Virus record (IMG/VR): IMGVR_UViG_3300007522_000026
Location: 1 to 53,822 of that record
Strand: one strand, 5' to 3'
Length of the DNA: 53,822 bases
Origin: a virus
Taxonomy: Duplodnaviria > Caudoviricetes
Positions 17,842 through 26,836 of this stretch are shown in pieces. Both the position numbers and the translations under genes were made by a program. The notes beneath the pieces were generated by a model. It saw nothing but the letters and a program-made list of their open reading frames with translations, searched no databases and was not told where the DNA came from. Positions within the stretch are counted from its first letter, which is position 1; each line of letters begins with the position of its first letter.

Positions 17842-18252
17842 CTAGCAGCCGGTACCGTTCCACGCAGAAGCCCATCCGGCGTTCACGGTGTAGACCGCTA
17901 CAGCGTCTTGGATGTGTGGTGGCGCTGATCGGGCGGTCGGATAGCCGCCGTGCCCGGCCCTAGCGCTCATCGTGGCCCACGTACCACGGAGGTACTGATA
18001 CGCACCCGAAGCGGTGCTGGCAGGGTTCTTTGCTTGGTAGTCGCCGCCTGATTCGTGGGCTCGTACGCACGCTAGGAATCCGCCGGGAGGGGTATGTTCC
18101 TGTCTCGGGGGACTAAGATGAGCGTTTACCGCAGCCTGCTCAGTTGGATTAAGCGTATTATAAATCGCTACTTCTTCGGGGCTACACGCTGCCAGACCTA
18201 AGCCTGCAATGATAGCAAGTGATGTAATTGAAACTTTCTGTTTTATATTCAT
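17842..18252 (-). CDS. Rpf/SceD-like lytic transglycosylase, predicted lipoprotein
   Basis: Signal peptide with lipobox LAAC; CVRAHESGGDY..NP.STASGAYQY...TW, APPHIQD. Confidence 0.82.
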   Translation of the reverse strand: MNIKQKVSITSLAIIAGLGLAACSPEEVAIYNTLNPTEQAAVNAHLSPPRQEHTPPGGFLACVRAHESGGDYQAKNPASTASGAYQYLRGTWATMSARAGHGGYPTARSAPPHIQDAVAVYTVNAGWASAWNGTGC

Positions 18253-18351
18253 ATTTAACCTTTGTTCGTTGAATAGGACAGCCGCAGAATAAGCTGCGGC
18301 TACCTTACCGGTTCTCACGGTTAGGATTATGGCGTATAAACCATTACCTAT

Positions 18352-18380
18352 ATATTACGACATGGTTACGATTATGTCAA
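18352..18380 (-). promoter_or_regulatory. Sigma70-type promoter upstream of the Rpf-like gene
   Basis: TTGACA-N17-TAATAT on the minus strand. Confidence 0.7.
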
Positions 18381-19361
18381 GACCTTTTTAGTAAGTTCTT
18401 TTGCGTAGTCCGGATTAGCATCAAGATAAGCAAGTACCTTAGGCTTACCATGACCTATCTTTTCCCCAGTAGATACATCAGAATACCAGCCGCTACTACC
18501 CTTATCAAGGTAGCCAAGTTTAACAGCAGCATCCACAATACTAGACTCATTACTCACACCAGAATCATAATATAAATCAAAATTACATTTCTGAAACGGC
18601 GGAGAAAACCTAGATTTAGGATTCTTAACCTGAACAGACTGACCAATAACTTCCTCACCCTGCTTCAACTGGCCAGTCCTAGATACCTCTAAACGTGTAG
18701 AAGAATAGAAAGGCAAAGCCTTACCGCCAGGAGTATAAGTTGTTGGACCCATACCATAACCACCGATCATTTCCCTGATCTGATTAACAAAGAAGATAAT
18801 AGTTTGAGATTGGCGATCAACCATAAACTGGTTAACCTTCTTCAAACCAGAAGACATCAGCCTAGCAAGTTGAGCAACATGAGCATCACCATAGTCACCA
18901 TTTATCTCAGCCCTAGTAACCATAGCGGCAGTAGAGTCAATAACGATAAGTGAAACATCATCTGCTTCTAAACACTTCTCAATAAGAGATAGAGTTTCCT
19001 CAGCAGAACCCGGCTGTGGAATCCACAGCTTCTTAAGATTAACACCAGAGTTCTCTGCCTTCTTAGGGTCGAAAGCGTTCTCAAGGTCAATATAAACAAC
19101 CTCACCAAACTGCTGTGCCTGACCCGCAAGCATTGTGGCTATACAAGACTTGGCACCACCGGGCTTGCCAAATGTTTCAACGATAGTGCCACGAGGTATA
19201 CCACCGTTTAGCATAATATCCAAAGATAGGATACCTGTAGGTATACGGCTAACACCCATAAGTTCATCTTCTGAAAGTGTTGCCATCAAACCTGGGCTGT
19301 CTTTGTTAATAGTTTTAACTACTTCACTTAGACTTTTTTTGCTTGTACTTTTCGCTACCAC
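18372..19361 (-). CDS. recA: RecA-family recombinase
   Basis: IPTGILSLD, GGIPRG, GKPGGAKS, IVIDS, ARLMSSGLKK, NQIRE, PGGKALPFYSS; likely GTG start at 19361 after AGAGGAG. Confidence 0.95.
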   Translation of the reverse strand: MVAKSTSKKSLSEVVKTINKDSPGLMATLSEDELMGVSRIPTGILSLDIMLNGGIPRGTIVETFGKPGGAKSCIATMLAGQAQQFGEVVYIDLENAFDPKKAENSGVNLKKLWIPQPGSAEETLSLIEKCLEADDVSLIVIDSTAAMVTRAEINGDYGDAHVAQLARLMSSGLKKVNQFMVDRQSQTIIFFVNQIREMIGGYGMGPTTYTPGGKALPFYSSTRLEVSRTGQLKQGEEVIGQSVQVKNPKSRFSPPFQKCNFDLYYDSGVSNESSIVDAAVKLGYLDKGSSGWYSDVSTGEKIGHGKPKVLAYLDANPDYAKELTKKVLT

Positions 19362-19470
19362 GGAACTCCTCTTCTGGATGGATGTACTCTTTTTCGTATG
19401 CATCTTGCATACGTTGTTTGTTCTTGCGAGCCGCTTTACGCTGACTACTCCAAGGATTATTAGAACCCAT
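19324..19470 (-). CDS. Small basic protein (48 aa)
   Basis: TAATG coupling to dnaE; MGSNNPWSSQRKAARKNKQRMQDAYEKEYIHPEEEFRGSEKYKQKKSK*. Confidence 0.45.
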   Translation of the reverse strand: MGSNNPWSSQRKAARKNKQRMQDAYEKEYIHPEEEFRGSEKYKQKKSK

Positions 19471-22400
19471 TATATGATATTGCCTTTCTTGTCATTAAAT
19501 TCAATGAATAAAGATTTGATAGAACTTTTTAAAGTATCAGTAGATTCAATACTGTACACATTACCTAAATCTATTGTAGCAGATCTTGATATGTAACATG
19601 AAACTGGCATAGAACCATAATTAGTTAAGAATACGCCTTTAAGTTTAGACATAAAGGTTGGATCACTACTAAACTTTAATGGCAGATACACACCAAATGT
19701 TTTACTGTTATCTATTTGTACTACATTAGAATCGACAGTTTCTAGAGAAGCTAGAGTGTAATGCCTTTCTTCTCTATAGTCGATCCCTGGCCTGATCCAC
19801 ATGTGTGTAACATCACCGGCTTTCAAAGTATTTACTTTCTTCCAATTTCTTGGGAAAGCAACTACTTCCATAGAACCAGTCTGGTCCTCCACCTGAATAA
19901 TGGCCATAGATTCATGTTTCTTAGTGAACTTAACTTCGATGCTGCTAATGATACAAAGAACTTTGATACCTTTCTCCTGTCCCATTGTGGGAAGATCGGA
20001 AAGGGTATGTTTAGCCATCTTGCTTGTATAGTCAGAAAGAGGATGGCCCGAAACATACATACCAATGTATTCTTTTTCTTTAGCAAGCATTTCATGTAAG
20101 CCAAATTCTTGTTCAGGTATTTTAATATCAACTAACTCTGTGTTATCAAATAAAGAATTCTGATTAATATTATTTTTTATGTTATCGTTACGAGTACTCT
20201 TCAAAAGATCTACTGATACAGAATGAATACCCAACCTTGTACCATACGCATCCAGAGCACCGCTAAGGGCAAGGGATTGCATAGCAGTGGTACTTGGGTT
20301 AATTCGCCTAGAGAAGTCATATAAGGTCTTGTACGGCCTCTCAGAGCATATCATCTCAGATAGATCAATACCAATGTTTCTAACATTTCTCAAACCAATA
20401 CGGATACCATCATCAGTAACAGAGAAATCTGAATTAGAAGTATTAACATCAGGAGGATGAACATTCAAACCCATCCTACGGGCCTCATACAAATAAAGGG
20501 CAACCTTATCCAACTCACCCATAACAGAAGAACATAGACAAGCCATAAACTCACGAGGATAATGCATCTTAAGATATGCAGTCCAAAAAGTTATATGGGC
20601 ATAAGGCATAGAATGCAAAGAAGAGAAACCATACAAACTAAAACCATCAATCTTATCAAAAAGATCTTCGCTGAAATCAGGATCATAGCCCTTGCCAACA
20701 CAACCATTAACGAACTTGCCACGCTCATCAGTCATAGCTTTAGTTTCTTTGCGACCAATAATCTTTCTAAGATTATCAGCCTCAGCCATAGAATAACCAG
20801 CGAACACCTGAGAAATCTTCATCAACTGTTCCTGATATAAAGGAATCTGATATGTTTCAGCAAGGATATCACGAGCATCCTCATGGAAAGGAACAGCAGC
20901 CTGCCTACCATTCTTCCTATCTGCATAATCATTATGCCAATTCTGTGCCATAGGACCTGGCCTATATAATGCTAGAACAGCAGAAATGTCACGAATGTTA
21001 GTGGGACGAAGATTACGAAGAAGATCTCGCATACCGCTAGATTCAATCTGGAAACATCCGACCGTCTCACCAAGCTTAAGCATCTCATAAGTGGCAATGT
21101 CATCAATCGGAATATCCTCAAGGGTAATCCCAACTATCTTAATGCAATCAGCAAGAACATCTAAAGTCTTAAGACCCAAAAAATCCATCTTCAACAAGCC
21201 AACATCTTCAACAGCTTTCTTATCCCACTGGGTAAGAATAGAACCATCCTTACGAGTCTCCAACGGAACAAGCTCAATCAAAGGTCTATCACCAATAACA
21301 ACACCAGCAGCATGAATACCAGACTGGCGAATCAAGCCCTCAAGACCTAAAGCAACATCAATAACTTCTTTAACTTCAGAGTCACTAATGTACATATCTC
21401 TCAAAGTTTGAGCGTTATGATAACCAGCCTCGAACTTGGGATCTTTTTCAAGGCAAGCCCAAAGCGGGATGTCAACACCAGAAATAGCCTTAGGCATAGC
21501 CTCAGATATTTTGCCACCCAAAGAGAATGGAAGATCAAGGATTCTTACAGTATCACGAATAGCAGTACGACCCTTCATCGTACCAAAAGTAGCAATCTGA
21601 GCAACATAATCCGAACCATACTTAGAACTTGTATAATTAATAATTGTTTCCCTGTGCCTTTGCTCCCAGTCCAAATCAACATCAGGCATAGTGATACGGC
21701 TAGGGTTCAAGAAACGCTCAAAGATAAGACCATATTCCAAAGGTTCAACATGAGTAATTCTTAAACAATAACTTACTATAGAACCGCAAGCAGAGCCACG
21801 GCCAGGGCCAGAAAGAATACCTTCACTCTGAGCAAACAACATTATATCCCACAGGATTAAGAAATAAGAGCTAACACCCATAGAGTTAATAACCGAAAGC
21901 TCATACTCTAACCTGTCAATAATTTCCTGATTTAACTCACCATAACGTGCCTTAGCACCATCGTAAGTAAGATGTCTAAGATAAGATACATCGCCATCAA
22001 AACCCTCCGGAACATCAAACACAGGAAGATGCTGGGTCTTAAAGTCAATATCAACACAAGCACGTTCAGCTATAAGCAAAGTATTATCACAAGCCTCGTC
22101 AGCCCAATCGCCAAGCGAACGCATATACTCAGAAGGCTTCAAATAGTACTCGTGATTATGAAACTTGAAACGCTTAGGATCAGAAAGCTTCGCCCCAGTC
22201 TGACAGCATAATAACACCTCATGGCTAGAACAATCTTCCTTATGGGTATAATGCGTATCCTGAGTTAGAACAGTAGGCGCACCAATCTCTCTAGCAATCT
22301 GCAGAAGAAGAGGATTGGTTCTACGTTGCTCAGGGAGATCATGATCCATTAGTTCAATAAAGAAATTATCTTTACCAACAATATCTTGAAACCTTGCAGC

Positions 22401-22907
22401 ATTAGTTTTAGCCGCAAGATAATTGTTATGCAGCAAAGGCTGCAGCACAGGACCACCAAGACAACCAGAAGCAACAATGATGCCCTCAGAGTGTGACTCT
22501 AGAAAAGACCAGTCGGTTCTAGGTTTCCTATACAAACCATTTATATAAGCATCACTAGAAATCTTTAGAAGGTTATGATAACCCTCATTGTTCTCAGCGA
22601 ATACCGAAAGATGATAATAGCTTTTATTAGAACCATCAATATCACCATTACTATCAGACTGCTTAACACCAGTTCTCTCAAGACGGTCATCAGCAAAGTA
22701 TGCTTCCATGCCAAGAATAGGCTTAACATCCCGCTTCTTACATTCCTTATAAAAATCTATAATACCAGAAACAGTACCATGATCAGATATACCAATACCT
22801 GGCATACCGAGTTCTTTGGCACGAGAAACAAGACCACTAATCTTAGATGCACCATCCAACTTAGAATATGCTGTGTGCGTATGTAAAGATACGAATTGTT
22901 TACTCAC
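19470..22907 (-). CDS. dnaE: DNA polymerase III alpha subunit
   Basis: PHP domain HTHTAYSKLDG, GPGRGSACGS, MPDVDLD, KMDFLGL, C-terminal OB fold. Confidence 0.97.
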   Translation of the reverse strand: MSKQFVSLHTHTAYSKLDGASKISGLVSRAKELGMPGIGISDHGTVSGIIDFYKECKKRDVKPILGMEAYFADDRLERTGVKQSDSNGDIDGSNKSYYHLSVFAENNEGYHNLLKISSDAYINGLYRKPRTDWSFLESHSEGIIVASGCLGGPVLQPLLHNNYLAAKTNAARFQDIVGKDNFFIELMDHDLPEQRRTNPLLLQIAREIGAPTVLTQDTHYTHKEDCSSHEVLLCCQTGAKLSDPKRFKFHNHEYYLKPSEYMRSLGDWADEACDNTLLIAERACVDIDFKTQHLPVFDVPEGFDGDVSYLRHLTYDGAKARYGELNQEIIDRLEYELSVINSMGVSSYFLILWDIMLFAQSEGILSGPGRGSACGSIVSYCLRITHVEPLEYGLIFERFLNPSRITMPDVDLDWEQRHRETIINYTSSKYGSDYVAQIATFGTMKGRTAIRDTVRILDLPFSLGGKISEAMPKAISGVDIPLWACLEKDPKFEAGYHNAQTLRDMYISDSEVKEVIDVALGLEGLIRQSGIHAAGVVIGDRPLIELVPLETRKDGSILTQWDKKAVEDVGLLKMDFLGLKTLDVLADCIKIVGITLEDIPIDDIATYEMLKLGETVGCFQIESSGMRDLLRNLRPTNIRDISAVLALYRPGPMAQNWHNDYADRKNGRQAAVPFHEDARDILAETYQIPLYQEQLMKISQVFAGYSMAEADNLRKIIGRKETKAMTDERGKFVNGCVGKGYDPDFSEDLFDKIDGFSLYGFSSLHSMPYAHITFWTAYLKMHYPREFMACLCSSVMGELDKVALYLYEARRMGLNVHPPDVNTSNSDFSVTDDGIRIGLRNVRNIGIDLSEMICSERPYKTLYDFSRRINPSTTAMQSLALSGALDAYGTRLGIHSVSVDLLKSTRNDNIKNNINQNSLFDNTELVDIKIPEQEFGLHEMLAKEKEYIGMYVSGHPLSDYTSKMAKHTLSDLPTMGQEKGIKVLCIISSIEVKFTKKHESMAIIQVEDQTGSMEVVAFPRNWKKVNTLKAGDVTHMWIRPGIDYREERHYTLASLETVDSNVVQIDNSKTFGVYLPLKFSSDPTFMSKLKGVFLTNYGSMPVSCYISRSATIDLGNVYSIESTDTLKSSIKSLFIEFNDKKGNII

Positions 22908-23259
22908 TTAATGGCTTTTCATTAACCACATCGTAATGAGGGCGATTATCATTACCAATATCCCTAATCTGAAAAGAAAGCAAACATAGGCAATGCCATG
23001 CAGCGTGACTCCAATGTGATAAACCTGACTCAGGATCAATATCCTCACCAGCCCAAGCAAGATTAGCATGTCTTTGCATGGCGTCATAAGCCAAAGAGTA
23101 ATCAAAGCCTCTGAGATAGTTATATCTAGCATATTTATCCAAACCATAACCAGCGACCTCACCTAAAGCCAACATAGCTAGAGGATCAAGAGCAGAAATC
23201 TGAGATGGTTTATTACACTTTGCGCCACCCGTATTGGGATCAACATGTCTAACTTCCAT
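22900..23259 (-). CDS. dATP/dGTP diphosphohydrolase-domain protein (DUF5664-like)
   Basis: GAK..K, YGLDKYARYNYLRG, DAMQRH, GEDIDPESGLSHWSHAAW. Confidence 0.82.
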   Translation of the reverse strand: MEVRHVDPNTGGAKCNKPSQISALDPLAMLALGEVAGYGLDKYARYNYLRGFDYSLAYDAMQRHANLAWAGEDIDPESGLSHWSHAAWHCLCLLSFQIRDIGNDNRPHYDVVNEKPLSE

Positions 23260-23725
23260 TATTTATTCTTTCTTCTAATTGATATAAGTTTATTGTACTA
23301 TTATTTTGATAAGTTAACCAAACCAAAGCAAGACAAAGTGGTTGAAACCTTTTCTTATCACCATGAACTATTCCCAAATGGCAAGGCTCATTGCAAAGAG
23401 TTATAAGATTATGTGGCTGAGAACACCACTTAAAGTATCTTGCTTCACTCTTATAGTATATATGATGCACAACAAGATTGCTAGTACCACCACATAATCT
23501 ACAACATTTATCTCTAAATAAAACCTTATCATAATTTATCTGACATACAGATGCGAAGTTTTCCCGCCCAACTGATCTGACTGTAGTCTTTTTAATAGTC
23601 TTTGATCTCTTATAAATTTGCTGATTGTAGCAGTCATAAGAACAGAAACTAGACAACCCAATAAAAAACATATCATCTTTAGGAACATATTTCTCACAAT
23701 TCTTACAACGTAAAGATTTAGACAT
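23249..23725 (-). CDS. HNH endonuclease
   Basis: RDKCCRLCG...VVHHI...NLITLC..CH; N-terminal CxxC...FCSxxC. Confidence 0.75.
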   Translation of the reverse strand: MSKSLRCKNCEKYVPKDDMFFIGLSSFCSYDCYNQQIYKRSKTIKKTTVRSVGRENFASVCQINYDKVLFRDKCCRLCGGTSNLVVHHIYYKSEARYFKWCSQPHNLITLCNEPCHLGIVHGDKKRFQPLCLALVWLTYQNNSTINLYQLEERINNGS

Positions 23726-23731
23726 TAAACA

Positions 23732-23974
23732 TTACTGTTCGGGATTACGAAGCTGAAGTAGGCCGTCATCCACAAGCCACTTAAGATCGTTTTGAATCCT
23801 CTCATAAACGATTTCTCGCTCTTCAGTATTAGCATTGAGAAGCATAGCCTTCTCAATGGCAACAGAATCCGATTGCTCACGGGACTCAACATACTTTAAT
23901 ACAAAACCTTCATCTAGAAAAGTTACCTCATGAACAAATATTGGTCCAGAATGGGCTTCTTCAATTAAACTCAT
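23732..23974 (-). CDS. Hypothetical protein
   Basis: ATGA-coupled ORF in the replication operon. Confidence 0.7.
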   Translation of the reverse strand: MSLIEEAHSGPIFVHEVTFLDEGFVLKYVESREQSDSVAIEKAMLLNANTEEREIVYERIQNDLKWLVDDGLLQLRNPEQ

Positions 23975-24357
23975 AACTCCAATGCCCCCTTTAAGTCGAA
24001 TCCAAATTCTTGATCTTCTTCAGGATAAATATAAGAAACCTCAACTAAGCCATCGTTAATACCATTTACTTTCTTATCCAAATTATCATACATAAGTTTA
24101 GCCTTATCAATATCAATATGTTCAACATCTTCAACAATGAAAGTATTAACACGCTTCAACTCACCGCTTTTAACGATATGCGAAAACTTTGGAACATCAA
24201 TTCGATAATGAACAAGAGCAACACCGATATCACCGCTAGAACGTGCAGCAGCAGTATCGTTATCCTCAATCCACTTGCCCCTGAATGAACCCTCATATAC
24301 CTTAACGGGCGTACCATCCTGATACTCTACACCATCTTTACTTAGCTCTTTAGCCAT
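23971..24357 (-). CDS. Hypothetical protein
   Basis: 128-aa ORF in the operon. Confidence 0.7.
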   Translation of the reverse strand: MAKELSKDGVEYQDGTPVKVYEGSFRGKWIEDNDTAAARSSGDIGVALVHYRIDVPKFSHIVKSGELKRVNTFIVEDVEHIDIDKAKLMYDNLDKKVNGINDGLVEVSYIYPEEDQEFGFDLKGALEL

Positions 24358-24361
24358 CTAA

Positions 24362-26233
24362 CTATCCTTCCCAATCTAAAGCCATGTTACCTGTCTTATG
24401 TCTAACTACAGCAGCCTTCCAATCATCACCAGCAGAAGCATAAAGCCTCTCCTGAAGTGCCCTCTCATAAAGAGGATCACTAAATGGTATCATAGCTAGA
24501 GTTAAAGGAGCAAACTGATATTTAATAAGCTGCCCCACGCCACCGTTACGAGATTTAATAATTCTAGACAACACCTCACCCTTACCTTGCTCATCCTCAC
24601 CAGTTATGGCCTGATCTGGGGCCCAAAGAGATATCATCATATCGGTAGTTTCTTCAACAGTACCAGCGCCACGGCCCTGATCTGCCTGAAGTTCCTTACC
24701 AAACTCACCGGAACGATTGCCCTGATGTGGCGCATAGATCACTGTCTGAGTATCTTTAGCTATACCTTTAATGCCCATAATGGCATTAGTCATTCTATCA
24801 TACTCAGAAGCGCCCTGACACCCCTTGGCATAATAACCCAAATAATCTATAGCAATAAGATCGGGCATACCACCAGACTCATAAGCGAACTGATAAATAG
24901 AATCCAGCAACTCTACCTCGCTAATCTTATTCTTATCAACAAGATAAAAACTATCTTTCCAATAGTTTACAGTGTCAACAACAGAAGCGCCAGGATTATA
25001 GAAGTTATTTATACGATGCGCCCTTTCAAACCACTCATTACGAGTCTGTTCCAAAGACATATACAAGATTTTGATATCAGGTTTAAGCATCTTCATTCTC
25101 TGAAAATAGTTTATACTCATAATAGTTTTTCCACTATTTGTTCTAGCAATCATAGTAATAACTTGGCCGGGTAAAGCACCGTGTGTCATCACCCTATCAA
25201 TCTCATCAATGTTAAATCTTAAACCCGTAAGCTTGTTGTTACCTTCAATTTCAACCCAACGATCATAAGCCTCATTTACAGAAACTAGCAGACCGCCCTT
25301 AGCTTTACTAAATAGATAATCAAAATCTTCACGATTCTTACCATGCTTAACAACCCAATCGTTTACATCGCTACCCTTTTTTGGTAGCTCAACGATGCGT
25401 GAACGTGGACCAATGTTTGTGGCAAGCTTCTCAGCACCAGCCTTTCCTGGTTTATCATTATCAAACAGTATGTATACACGTTTAGCTTCTTCAATGTAAT
25501 CCGACCAAGCATCTTTCCATGTTTGAACCCCGGGTACACCTACAGCAGCAAAGCCAAGTTGATGCATTGTTAGGCAATCAATTTCTCCTTCAACAATGTG
25601 AACTGTATCTTCACCAATAATAGAATCAATACCGTACAAACCCACAGGCACCCCCATCATGCCACGCATCTTACCATTAATCTTCTTGCCACGAAGTTGC
25701 ATTGGCCTCCCATAGTCTAGATATGGGAAAATGATCTCATCTTTAAAATAGTCTGAACTAAATCTGTCCACTAGGCCAGATTCTTTAATCTGCTCTGGCG
25801 AGAAAGTTGCTAGAAGATGATTTGATAGTGTACCATCAGCCCAACCAAGACGAGCCTTTATGATTGTCTTATCGTTTAGGCCACGATCCTCTGTAAGGTA
25901 CCTGTAGACCTCAGGATTGTCCAATAGGCGCTCCGCATAGTATCGGGTAGCAACCTCATAAATAGGATTGTATTGTATGCCTAGCTCTGAAGCATCAAGA
26001 TGTATAGGCTGATCACCAAAATGCGCTCTGAGGTTATTAAAGTTACCCTTAGCGTTGCAAACAAAACATAGATAAACGCCATATTTATCATCTGAAGGAT
26101 CAACATTAATATAAAGCCTACCAGGTTTATCATTAGACTCACCGTGAACCGGGCAAGGTGCGTGAATATTATTTGCTCCAGCAGGCTTCACCCAAAGCCC
26201 TTTAGATTCAAGATACTCTTGAATGTCTAACAA
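24362..26233 (-). CDS. DNA primase-helicase fusion
   Basis: Zn finger CPVH...CFVC, TOPRIM IVEGEIDC...FDNDKPG, DnaB-like ARTNSGKT, IDYLG, IIKSRNG; TTG start with AAGGAG. Confidence 0.93.
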   Translation of the reverse strand: MLDIQEYLESKGLWVKPAGANNIHAPCPVHGESNDKPGRLYINVDPSDDKYGVYLCFVCNAKGNFNNLRAHFGDQPIHLDASELGIQYNPIYEVATRYYAERLLDNPEVYRYLTEDRGLNDKTIIKARLGWADGTLSNHLLATFSPEQIKESGLVDRFSSDYFKDEIIFPYLDYGRPMQLRGKKINGKMRGMMGVPVGLYGIDSIIGEDTVHIVEGEIDCLTMHQLGFAAVGVPGVQTWKDAWSDYIEEAKRVYILFDNDKPGKAGAEKLATNIGPRSRIVELPKKGSDVNDWVVKHGKNREDFDYLFSKAKGGLLVSVNEAYDRWVEIEGNNKLTGLRFNIDEIDRVMTHGALPGQVITMIARTNSGKTIMSINYFQRMKMLKPDIKILYMSLEQTRNEWFERAHRINNFYNPGASVVDTVNYWKDSFYLVDKNKISEVELLDSIYQFAYESGGMPDLIAIDYLGYYAKGCQGASEYDRMTNAIMGIKGIAKDTQTVIYAPHQGNRSGEFGKELQADQGRGAGTVEETTDMMISLWAPDQAITGEDEQGKGEVLSRIIKSRNGGVGQLIKYQFAPLTLAMIPFSDPLYERALQERLYASAGDDWKAAVVRHKTGNMALDWEG

Positions 26234-26260
26234 TTTGCTCCTTAATGTATGTTATCTAGC

Positions 26261-26322
26261 TGCTCTACCTTATACTGCCTAAGGTACTCTCAAAGAGTGT
26301 GATACTTTTTCACCATAGAGCA
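26261..26322 (-). ncRNA. tRNA-like mini-cloverleaf in the primase-helicase leader
   Basis: TGCTCTA-TG-GTGA(AAAAGTA)TCAC-ACTCT(TTG)AGAGT-A-CCTTA(GGCAGTA)TAAGG-TAGAGCA; all four stems are perfect Watson-Crick. Function unknown. Confidence 0.6.
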
Positions 26323-26350
26323 TTTAACCAAATTAATAACTAATTACCTA

Positions 26351-26830
26351 TCAGAAAACCTCCTGCGCTGAACCAGTCGGAGGCACCGAACTGCGCATAA
26401 TATCCTCAACAGAATTCATTACTTCTTGCTTTTTCTTAGAGAAATAGGTTCCCACGCGAATGCGGCAATCTAGTCCAACAAGATCATTAGGATCAAATTG
26501 CCAACCATCGGGAAGGGCATCGACACCAATAATTTCCTGAATCCACTGACGCAGACGGCAACGATCAGATCCATCCAGAACAGCCTCAGTATCAGCCCAA
26601 AGCCAACGGTTCGCATACTCACCATCTCTAACCCTAAATCCAAAGGCAACTTCCTGATCAGAAGTCTTCCAAGGTGTGACTTCATGATTTACTTCTCTAA
26701 TCTCGCAACGAACAACCTCAACTTCCAAAGTAGTATTCTCTGGAATATGCGGCCACTTACGCTCACTCTGAGCTGCCTTCCCTACAGGAGCCGAAGCTGT
26801 CTTATCAGCATTAAATGTCAGTATAGTCAT
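26351..26830 (-). CDS. Single-stranded DNA-binding protein (phage OB-fold, DUF669-like)
   Basis: DGEYANRWLW, FDPNDLVGLDCRIRV, C-terminal F; follows the Sak4-like ATPase. Confidence 0.7.
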   Translation of the reverse strand: MTILTFNADKTASAPVGKAAQSERKWPHIPENTTLEVEVVRCEIREVNHEVTPWKTSDQEVAFGFRVRDGEYANRWLWADTEAVLDGSDRCRLRQWIQEIIGVDALPDGWQFDPNDLVGLDCRIRVGTYFSKKKQEVMNSVEDIMRSSVPPTGSAQEVF

Positions 26831-26836
26831 AGTTTG

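Noticed and set aside
18273-18351. Canonical c-di-AMP riboswitch
   Set aside because: Too short and lacks the conserved GGGGGA, GGGTGAA and CCCG..AGCT blocks; kept only as an unknown structure.
22900-23259. Z-genome (2-aminoadenine) pathway
   Set aside because: No purZ or datZ recognisable in the window.
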